Source of the DNA: Christensenella sp. UBA1262
Lineage (GTDB): Bacteria > Bacillota > Clostridia > Christensenellales > CAG-917
DNA: 33,749 bases
Assembly (NCBI GenBank): GCA_002308215.1
Contig: DBVO01000022.1
Coordinates: 1 to 33,749 of the forward strand
Reading direction: 5' to 3'
The notes under the pieces were generated by a model. The model was not told the origin of the DNA. It did not search any database and worked only from the letters and a program-made list of their open reading frames with translations. Numbering within the stretch: position 1 is the first letter of the stretch; every line of letters starts with the position of its first letter. The position numbers and the translations under genes are program-made. Shown in pieces: positions 16,217 to 23,307 of this stretch.

Positions 16217-17602
16217 ATGACAAACGTTGTTCTCGGAGAAACGAGTGTAGTTGAATATTTTGAAATACTATTGCCTTTGGCACTAATTTTAGTGTGCACA
16301 AAGCTCTTTTCTGTGCTTGGCAAAAAAATTGGTTTACCACAAGTTGTTGGTATGCTAATTGCGGGCATTTTACTTGGTCTTATCAAACTTATACCAGGAC
16401 AAACAATCTTCTCATCAAACACTCTTGAGGGATTATCTTTCCTTGCTAAAATTGGTGTAATTTTGATTATGTTCTCTGCAGGTATCGAAACAGATTTAAA
16501 ACAATTTAAAACTTGCGGTTTTCCATCTGTAATTATTACTTTGCTTGGTGTTCTCGTTCCTGTAGGACTTGGATTTGTAGTCGCAGCTGCTTGCAACACA
16601 GGTTTTGCTGGCATGACAAGCGATCAGGCAATTCAAAACCTTTTCTATGGAACAATTCTTGCGGCAACTTCCGTTTCTGTAACAGTTGCAGCTCTAAAAG
16701 AGCTGGGCAAACTAAATACTAAAGTTGGAACATCTATTATTGCCGCTGCAATTCTTGATGACATTATCGGTGTTATTCTTCTTTCCTTACTCATCAGCCT
16801 TAAAAATGGCAATGGCGTTGGGAACATCGGAATTGTAATTGGTAAGATGATTGGCTTCTTTGCTGCAGCCATCGTTGTAGGTATTGGGCTTCACTTTGCG
16901 ATGAACTTCATCGAAAAGAAATATCCACACACAAGACGTCTTCCAATCCTTGGTTTTGCAATCTGCTTCTTCTTTGCATATGCAGCAGAAAAATGGTTTG
17001 GCGTTGCAGATATTACAGGCGCATATATTGCCGGTATTATTATGGCAACTGTACGTGAACATGACTATATCGACCGCAAGGTCGAAGTGTCAAGTTATAT
17101 GATATTTGCTCCTGTTTTCTTTGCTAACATCGGCATAAATGCAGACTTCTCTACAATCAGCCCTGCAATAGTAGGTTTCGGTTTTGCGTTTATAGCAGTT
17201 GGACTTTTAGGAAAAGTAATTGGCTGCGGAACTGGTGCACTTATTTGCAAGTATGGAATCAAAGACAGTTTGCGCGTTGGACTTGGAATGATGGTTAGAG
17301 CCGAGGTTGTTCTTGTTTGTACCCAGAAAGGTATAGACAATGGAATTGTTGATCCAAACATTATGCCATTCGTTCTTGTACTCATCATTATTTCTACTTT
17401 GGTAACACCAATGCTTCTTAAACTCTCATATCATAAAGAGATGAAAGCACATGAGCATATTATAAATGATCCTTTACAACCTCTTATCACTTCTGCAGAT
17501 GGCGAACCACTCTCAGCAGAAGCTGCGCAATCTGGAATAGGCATTAATAAAAAAGAATGGCCAGAAGCGGATATCATTGACGATTCTGACACTGAAGATT
17601 AA
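16217..17602 (+). CDS. Cation:proton antiporter (CPA2 / Na+-H+ exchanger family)
   Basis: Polytopic protein whose sequence is typical of the Na_H_Exchanger family (GLPQVVGMLIAGILLG, FLAKIGVILIMFSAGIETD). It has an acidic C-terminal tail and no RCK/TrkA domain. Confidence 0.85.
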   Translation: MTNVVLGETSVVEYFEILLPLALILVCTKLFSVLGKKIGLPQVVGMLIAGILLGLIKLIPGQTIFSSNTLEGLSFLAKIGVILIMFSAGIETDLKQFKTCGFPSVIITLLGVLVPVGLGFVVAAACNTGFAGMTSDQAIQNLFYGTILAATSVSVTVAALKELGKLNTKVGTSIIAAAILDDIIGVILLSLLISLKNGNGVGNIGIVIGKMIGFFAAAIVVGIGLHFAMNFIEKKYPHTRRLPILGFAICFFFAYAAEKWFGVADITGAYIAGIIMATVREHDYIDRKVEVSSYMIFAPVFFANIGINADFSTISPAIVGFGFAFIAVGLLGKVIGCGTGALICKYGIKDSLRVGLGMMVRAEVVLVCTQKGIDNGIVDPNIMPFVLVLIIISTLVTPMLLKLSYHKEMKAHEHIINDPLQPLITSADGEPLSAEAAQSGIGINKKEWPEADIIDDSDTED

Positions 17603-17626
17603 AATATAATTTATCTATAAATTATA

Positions 17627-17651
17627 AAAGCACGTCGAAATGACGTGCTTT
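17627..17651. terminator. Bidirectional intrinsic terminator between antiporter (+) and gpmI (-)
   Basis: aaaagcacgtc-gaaat-gacgtgctttt: an 8-bp GC-containing stem extended by A/T runs on both sides. Confidence 0.75.
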
Positions 17652-17672
17652 TAATTATTCTTTCAACAAAAC

Positions 17673-19238
17673 TTACTTAATGATTGGACGATCCCAATGA
17701 CTATCTGGTTCAAGTCCCATAAGTTTTACAACAGTTGCAGCAACGTTTGATAATCCAAATTCTCCATCTGCTATTTCACAATCCGCATTGAAAATAATAA
17801 ATGGAACAGGATTCAAACTATGTGCTGTACGAACTGAAACTACACCCTTCTTGTTCTTTTCAAGCATTTCATCTGCATTGCCATGATCTGCTGTAACAAT
17901 AAGAGTATAACCATGTTTCTTAACAAATGGAATAAGTCTTGCGAGGCCAAGATCAACAGATTCAACACCGATTATTGTAGCATCCAAATTGCCTGTATGG
18001 CCGACCATATCGCCATTTGGATAGTTGCAGCGAATGAAGCTGTACTTCTCGCTCTCAACTGCTTCGATAACCTTATCTGTTACTTCTGCAGATTTCATCC
18101 ATGGACGCTCATCAAATGACACTTTATCACTTGGGACTTCTTCCCAAACTTCCAACGCATCGCTGAATTTTTCAGAGCGATTTCCATTCCAGAAATATGT
18201 AACATGACCATATTTTTGTGTTTCACTAACAGCATAAGATTTAATGCCTTTATTAACAAGATATTCGCTCAATGTATATTTGATTTTTGGTGGTTCAACA
18301 AGAAATCTTGTTGGGAGCTTTAAATCCCCGTCATATTGAAGCATGCCAGCATATTTAACTTTTGGCATATTGCCTCTATCAAATTTATCAAAATCTTCAT
18401 TGTCAAATGCCATTGAAATCTCAATAGCACGATCGCCACGGAAGTTGAAAAGAATAACGCTATCGCCATCTACTATTCTACCTACTGGCTCGCCATCTTT
18501 CGCAATAACAAATGCTGGCAAATCTTGGTCGATAACACCTGGGTTTTCTGCACGATAAGTTTCTATTGCTTCAGTTGCAGAAGCAAATTGTCTTCCCTTG
18601 CCATAAACATGTGTTTCAAAGCCAGCTTTGACCATATCCCAGTTAGCGAAATATCTGTCCATCGTAATTTTCATACGACCGCCACCAGATGCAATACGTG
18701 CGTCAAAACTTGCATCATTAAGTTCTGCACAAGCTGACTCCAACATATCAATATATGTGAGTGCTGATGTTGCTGGTACATCACGTCCATCAAGAAGTGC
18801 ATGGACTCTAACTCTCTTTACTCCATCTGCCTTTGCGCCCTTAATTAATGCGATTAGATGACTGATATTGCTGTGAACATTGCCATCTGAAAGCAAGCCC
18901 ATGAAGTGCATCGTGCTGCCGTTTTTAACACAATTATCTTTAAGCTCTTGCCATGCAGAAGATGCAAAAATGTCTCCTGATTCAATAGCTTCTTCAACAA
19001 GTTTTGCACCCTGCGAATAAACTTGGCCACAACCAAGTGCATTATGACCTACTTCGCTGTTACCCATATCATCATCACTTGGAAGACCAACTGCTGTGCC
19101 ATGAGCTTTAATGTATGTGTGTGGGCACTCTGCTAGGAGCTTATCAAGTGTTGGAGTATTTGCCATTGTGACAGCATCGCCAAGTCCTGTTTTAGACTTG
19201 CCGACTCCGTCCATAACCACTAAAACTAATTTGTTCAT
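17673..19238 (-). CDS. gpmI: 2,3-bisphosphoglycerate-independent phosphoglycerate mutase
   Basis: VVMDGVG, MGNSEVGHNALG (catalytic Ser), TADHGNADEM; about 520 aa. Confidence 0.95.
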   Translation of the reverse strand: MNKLVLVVMDGVGKSKTGLGDAVTMANTPTLDKLLAECPHTYIKAHGTAVGLPSDDDMGNSEVGHNALGCGQVYSQGAKLVEEAIESGDIFASSAWQELKDNCVKNGSTMHFMGLLSDGNVHSNISHLIALIKGAKADGVKRVRVHALLDGRDVPATSALTYIDMLESACAELNDASFDARIASGGGRMKITMDRYFANWDMVKAGFETHVYGKGRQFASATEAIETYRAENPGVIDQDLPAFVIAKDGEPVGRIVDGDSVILFNFRGDRAIEISMAFDNEDFDKFDRGNMPKVKYAGMLQYDGDLKLPTRFLVEPPKIKYTLSEYLVNKGIKSYAVSETQKYGHVTYFWNGNRSEKFSDALEVWEEVPSDKVSFDERPWMKSAEVTDKVIEAVESEKYSFIRCNYPNGDMVGHTGNLDATIIGVESVDLGLARLIPFVKKHGYTLIVTADHGNADEMLEKNKKGVVSVRTAHSLNPVPFIIFNADCEIADGEFGLSNVAATVVKLMGLEPDSHWDRPIIK

Positions 19239-19257
19239 AGTATTTTTCCTTAATTAA

Positions 19258-19278
19258 CACGACAGCAAAGCTGTCGTG
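19258..19278 (-). other. Intercistronic RNA hairpin between tpiA and gpmI
   Basis: cacgacagc-aaa-gctgtcgtg, a perfect 9-bp stem. It lies 32 nt after the tpiA stop and just 5' of the gpmI SD. There is no strong U-run on the minus strand. Confidence 0.5.
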
Positions 19279-19309
19279 CCATTTTTGTTTTATAATCTTA
19301 TTGTGATTC

Positions 19310-20059
19310 TCAGTAATTAACTACTTGTGAGAAGTCAACTGCCTTAAGAGATGCGCCACCAATAAGGCCACCATCTATTTCTGGTTGTGCCATTAATTCT
19401 TTAACATTCTTTGGATTCATACTTCCACCATATTGAATGCGAATGCGCTCTGCGCATTTTGGACAGAAGATTTCACCAAGTGTACGACGAATAATAGCAA
19501 TTGTATCATTTGCAACGTCAGCTGTTGCTGTTCTGCCTGTGCCAATTGCCCAAACTGGTTCATATGCGATAACGAAGTTATCGATATCATCTTTGCTGAG
19601 ATCTGCAAGTGCGCCCTTTGTTTGACGAACAAGAACTTCTTCAACCTTTCCTGCTTCTCTTTCTTCAAGAGTTTCACCAACGCAAATGATTGGTTTCAAA
19701 CCTGCTGCGAGAGCTGCTTTAACTCTAGCATTGACTGTAGCATCTGTTTCACCAAAGTATTGACGTCTCTCGGAGTGACCGATAATAACATATTCAACTC
19801 CAAGTTCAACGAGCATTTTTGCAGAAATTTCGCCTGTAAATGCGCCTTTTTCTGCCCAGTGAACATTTTGTGCACCAACATGAATATTTGAACCCTTTGT
19901 GAGATCTACTGCTGTCCAAAGATCTGTGAAAGGTGTGCAAATAACTACATCACATTGAGCATCCTTAACGAGTGGAAGGAGTTCTTCAATGAGAGCCTTT
20001 GATTCGGCTTTATTGTTGTTCATTTTCCAGTTGCCTGCGATAATTGGTTTTCTTGCCAT
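19310..20059 (-). CDS. tpiA: Triose-phosphate isomerase
   Basis: AGNWKMN, IGHSERR, AYEPVWAIGTG. The start is set at the ATG at 20059 (MARKPIIAGNWKMN), which has the SD AGGGG upstream. The 21-codon 5' extension in the track covers a palindromic hairpin and is not credible. Confidence 0.95.
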   Translation of the reverse strand: MARKPIIAGNWKMNNNKAESKALIEELLPLVKDAQCDVVICTPFTDLWTAVDLTKGSNIHVGAQNVHWAEKGAFTGEISAKMLVELGVEYVIIGHSERRQYFGETDATVNARVKAALAAGLKPIICVGETLEEREAGKVEEVLVRQTKGALADLSKDDIDNFVIAYEPVWAIGTGRTATADVANDTIAIIRRTLGEIFCPKCAERIRIQYGGSMNPKNVKELMAQPEIDGGLIGGASLKAVDFSQVVNY

Positions 20060-20098
20060 AATATATACCCCTAATAATTTATTCATTACATATTTTGA

Positions 20099-20118
20099 CG
20101 CCATACATATGTATGGCG
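20099..20118 (-). other. Intercistronic perfect palindrome/hairpin between pgk and tpiA
   Basis: cgccatacatatgtatggcg is a 20-nt perfect palindrome that can form an 8-bp stem with a 4-nt loop. It lies 14 nt after the pgk stop and about 27 nt 5' of the tpiA SD. Confidence 0.5.
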
Positions 20119-20131
20119 CCAAGTTGTTTAA

Positions 20132-21448
20132 TTATTTTGCGTCGTTCAAGCAATCAATGCCTGGGAGAACTTTGCCTTCCAAGAACTCGAGAGATGCGCC
20201 ACCACCTGTTGAGATGTGTGTCATCTTATCTGCAAAGCCAAGTTGTGCAACTGCTGCTGCAGAGTCACCACCACCGATGATTGTTGTTGCATCTGTTTCT
20301 GCCATTGCTTTAGCAACTGCGATAGTACCTGCTGCGCATGTTGGGTTTTCAAATACGCCCATAGGACCATTCCAAACAACTGTCTTTGCTGTTCTAACTG
20401 CATTTGCAAATAGTTCTTGGGACTTTGGACCAATATCAAGACCCATCTTGTCTGCTGGGATTTGATTTGATGGAACATATTCAACTTCAATTGGTTTATC
20501 AATTGGGTCTGGGAATACTGGAGAAACAGCTGTATCTACTGGAAGATAAATCTTCTTGCCAAGTTCAGCTGCTTTTGCAAGCATGCTCTTGCAATAGTCA
20601 ATCTTTTCATCGTCTACGAGAGATGTACCAATTGAACCACCTTGTGCCTTAATAAATGTGTATGCCATACCACCACCGATGATAAGTGCATCGCACTTAG
20701 AAAGGAGATTGTCAATAACGTTAAGTTTGTCAGCGACTTTTGCGCCACCAAGAACTGCAAGGAATGGGCGAACAGGATTTTCAACTGCGTTGCCGAGATA
20801 TTTAAGTTCTTTTTCAATAAGGAAACCGCTTACAGCCACTTTTGCAAAACCATATTGAACAATACCAGCTGTAGTTGCATGTGCTCTATGTGCTGTACCA
20901 AATGCATCATTAACATAAACATCACAGAAATCTGCAAGTTGACGGCAAAGATCTTCAGAGTTCTTTTCTTCACCAGCATAGAAACGAGTATTTTCAAGAA
21001 GAACGATTTCGCCATCTTTAAGAGCTGCTACCTTTGCATGAGCATCATCACCAACAAGGTCAGTAGCAAATGTTACTTTACCTGGGAAATGATCAGCAAG
21101 TCTTTCAGCAACTGGACGAAGTGTAAACTTCTTTGGATCATTCTTAAGTGCTTTTGCAATATATTCTGCTTTAGCAGCTGCTTGCTCTTCTGCAGGAAGC
21201 GCTTCAAGAGCTTTCTTTTCTTTCTTGTTCAAGCTGAAACCTTCTGTGAAAATATTGTGTGGTTTACCCATGTGTGAACAAAGAATAACCTTTGCGCCAT
21301 GCTCAACAAGATAAGAGATTGTTGGAAGAGCACCATTGATACGGTTTTCATCTGTGATAACACCGTCTACCATAGGGACGTTGAAGTCACAACGGACAAG
21401 ACACTTTTTGCCTTTTACGTCTACATCGCGGATTGTAAGTTTTGCCAT
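20132..21448 (-). CDS. pgk: Phosphoglycerate kinase (with an N-domain insertion of about 40 aa)
   Basis: [50 protein letters not shown]. It is 438 aa against roughly 395 aa for typical bacterial Pgk. Confidence 0.95.
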   Translation of the reverse strand: MAKLTIRDVDVKGKKCLVRCDFNVPMVDGVITDENRINGALPTISYLVEHGAKVILCSHMGKPHNIFTEGFSLNKKEKKALEALPAEEQAAAKAEYIAKALKNDPKKFTLRPVAERLADHFPGKVTFATDLVGDDAHAKVAALKDGEIVLLENTRFYAGEEKNSEDLCRQLADFCDVYVNDAFGTAHRAHATTAGIVQYGFAKVAVSGFLIEKELKYLGNAVENPVRPFLAVLGGAKVADKLNVIDNLLSKCDALIIGGGMAYTFIKAQGGSIGTSLVDDEKIDYCKSMLAKAAELGKKIYLPVDTAVSPVFPDPIDKPIEVEYVPSNQIPADKMGLDIGPKSQELFANAVRTAKTVVWNGPMGVFENPTCAAGTIAVAKAMAETDATTIIGGGDSAAAVAQLGFADKMTHISTGGGASLEFLEGKVLPGIDCLNDAK

Positions 21449-21472
21449 AAATTTCTCCTTTAAGAAATAGAT

Positions 21473-21491
21473 TTTACAATTTAATTGTAAA
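21473..21491. promoter_or_regulatory. Perfect 9-1-9 palindrome next to the pgk SD (candidate operator or leader RNA hairpin)
   Basis: tttacaatt-t-aattgtaaa. It lies 12 nt upstream (in the transcription sense) of the AAAGGAG SD. The half-site recurs at 21541-21549. Confidence 0.4.
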
Positions 21492-21568
21492 TCCGACGCA
21501 TTTTGCGGGTCACTAGCTAGCGCATGTGATCACGCGCGCCTACAATTTACCGACAAATATTATACCAT

Positions 21569-21597
21569 AATCTAAAGAACAATGCAAGACTAAAATA
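21569..21597 (-). promoter_or_regulatory. Sigma-A-type promoter of the pgk-tpiA-gpmI operon
   Basis: On the minus strand: TTGCAT (21592-21597), 17-nt spacer, TGG-TATAAT (extended -10, hexamer 21569-21574). This predicts a leader of about 110 nt. Confidence 0.6.
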
Positions 21598-21615
21598 TCA
21601 ATACGAAAATGCTAC

Positions 21616-21634
21616 TTTGACGGAATTTGTCAAA
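21616..21634. promoter_or_regulatory. Inverted repeat TTTGAC-N7-GTCAAA upstream of the pgk promoter
   Basis: Perfect 6-bp arms, centred roughly 60 bp upstream of the predicted start site. This is a position typical of activator sites. No family is assigned. Confidence 0.3.
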
Positions 21635-21753
21635 TATATACTCAGTAAAATGTAAAACACGTAACGTGTATTTATTAAAATGGCGCAACTTCTAAATAAT
21701 ACACTTATCGTGTTTTTAATAATGCAAAAATTGCCTAAAAGTGCATAAAAATG

Positions 21754-21806
21754 GCCGATTATTGATTTAATCGGCAAAAATGCAACACGCTTCGTGTTTT
21801 TTTCTT
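21754..21806 (-). terminator. Tandem hairpin terminators after trmL
   Basis: aacacg-ctt-cgtgtt (21784-21798) and gccgatt-N8-aatcggc (21754-21775). On the minus strand each is followed by a U-rich tract (GCAUUUUU, CAUUUUUAU). Confidence 0.5.
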
Positions 21807-21809
21807 AGT

Positions 21810-22358
21810 TTAGAACTTTGTTAATTTACCTTCAATTTTCAAGTTTTCAAAACCTATTTGACGCATACCCTCATATACAACAATTGCTACGCTGTTTGAA
21901 AGATTTAGGCTTCTTGCATCTGCAATCATTGGAATACGCACTGTCATATCATAATTATCATGCAATAATTCTTCTGGAAGCCCTTTGGTTTCTTTTCCAA
22001 AGAACAAAAAATCATTTTCTCCATACTTTACATTATCATATCTAATTTGAGCCTTTGTTGAACAAAAATAAAAATGAGGCATATCGTTAGACATGTTGTT
22101 ATCATCTATATGCCAACTTCCATTTTCCAAATGAACTCTACCTTTTGCATTTTTATCAAAAAAATCAGATAAACTCTCATATACGTGAAAATCTGTTAAA
22201 TGCCAATAATCCAACCCAGCTCGTTTTAGAGCTCTATCGCTTATGTCAAATCCGAGTGGTTTAATAAGATGAACATGGCAACCAGTCGCTGCTGCCGTTC
22301 TAACTATATTTCCTGTATTTTGTGGGATCTCTGGTTCAACCAAAACAATATTGAACAT
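21810..22358 (-). CDS. trmL: tRNA (cytidine/uridine-34 2'-O)-methyltransferase, SpoU/TrmL family
   Basis: MFNIVLVEPEIPQNTGNIVRTAAATG and SLNLSNSVAIVVYE (trefoil-knot SAM site). It is 182 aa and carries an internal insertion of about 20-25 aa compared with the roughly 155-aa family norm. Confidence 0.85.
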   Translation of the reverse strand: MFNIVLVEPEIPQNTGNIVRTAAATGCHVHLIKPLGFDISDRALKRAGLDYWHLTDFHVYESLSDFFDKNAKGRVHLENGSWHIDDNNMSNDMPHFYFCSTKAQIRYDNVKYGENDFLFFGKETKGLPEELLHDNYDMTVRIPMIADARSLNLSNSVAIVVYEGMRQIGFENLKIEGKLTKF

Positions 22359-22367
22359 TTTATACTC

Positions 22368-23306
22368 CTATTCAACAAAGAATCCTTCAACAACACTGTA
22401 TATTCCAGCCAAATCTTTTGCTTCTCCTACTGCTACTCTTACTTGCTTTGCAAACTTTTCACCTCTTGCATAATAACAAAGATGAAGTTTCATTATGTTT
22501 GCGACAGTTAATTCTGGGAAATACTCTTTTAAAATTGATATATGTTCCAAAATCGCAGCATGTCTATCCCATTCATATGGAATTCCAACCAATTCACTAA
22601 ATAGATATGGCCTACCAAGTGCACCTCTTGCCAACATGAATCCATCCGCGCCTGTTTGTGCCTTTATTTTTACAAGTGATGCTTTATTTGTTATATCGCC
22701 ATTAGCTATAACCGGTATCTTCAATGCTTGTTTCACATCATAAGTTATACTATGATCCGCAGTTCCGCTATAAAACTGTTCGCGATATCTTGGATGAATT
22801 GTTACAGCAGCCGCACCGCCTTTTTCTGCTGCAAGTGCACACTCAACAGCAATAGGCTTACCATTTTCAATACCTGCACGCATTTTACACGTTACAGGTT
22901 TGTGACTACCTTCACGTACCGCTTGCACTATTTCAGTTACAAGTTTAGGATTGCTCATTAATGCGCTGCCTTCTCCATTGTTAAACACTTTTTTAACTGG
23001 ACAACCCATATTGATATCGATGATATCAAATTTTTTAAGTCTGTCATCAGATGCAGCTTTAAACATATACTCAGGATCAGAACCAAATAATTGAACAGCA
23101 CATGGCGAATCTAGATCCGTTTTTGCAAGCAACTCTTCAGTTCCTTTATTGCCATAACAAAGACCCTTAGCACTAACAAGTTCGGTAAATGTTAAACCTG
23201 CGCCATATTTTGCGCAGAGATGTCTAAAGCCAACCTCACTAAAACCAGCGATTGGCGCAAACAATAAATTAGATTTTAATTGAACATTACCGATTAATAA
23301 ATCCAT
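22368..23306 (-). CDS. dus: tRNA-dihydrouridine synthase
   Basis: APIAGFSEVGFR, DINMGCPVKKV and TIHPRYREQ, in a TIM-barrel flavoenzyme pattern; about 312 aa. Confidence 0.9.
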   Translation of the reverse strand: MDLLIGNVQLKSNLLFAPIAGFSEVGFRHLCAKYGAGLTFTELVSAKGLCYGNKGTEELLAKTDLDSPCAVQLFGSDPEYMFKAASDDRLKKFDIIDINMGCPVKKVFNNGEGSALMSNPKLVTEIVQAVREGSHKPVTCKMRAGIENGKPIAVECALAAEKGGAAAVTIHPRYREQFYSGTADHSITYDVKQALKIPVIANGDITNKASLVKIKAQTGADGFMLARGALGRPYLFSELVGIPYEWDRHAAILEHISILKEYFPELTVANIMKLHLCYYARGEKFAKQVRVAVGEAKDLAGIYSVVEGFFVE

Positions 23307-23307
23307 A

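Noticed and set aside
20060-20122. A 21-codon N-terminal extension of the tpiA ORF (MAPYICMASKYVMNKLLGVYI).
   Set aside because: The conserved TpiA N-terminus begins at MARKPIIAGNWKMN, which has its own AGGGG SD. The extension merely translates the intercistronic palindrome.
20642-21277. Long antisense ORFs in the track: 211 aa opposite pgk, 152 and 158 aa opposite tpiA/pgk (19433-19891, 19989-20465), 138 aa opposite the M28 gene (4377-4793), 147 aa opposite the antiporter (16171-16614) and 121 aa opposite the exoprotein gene (673-1038).
   Set aside because: All lie entirely within strongly supported genes on the other strand. They have low-complexity Cys/Phe/Ser/Leu-rich translations typical of shadow frames in AT-rich genomes, and they lack SD sequences.
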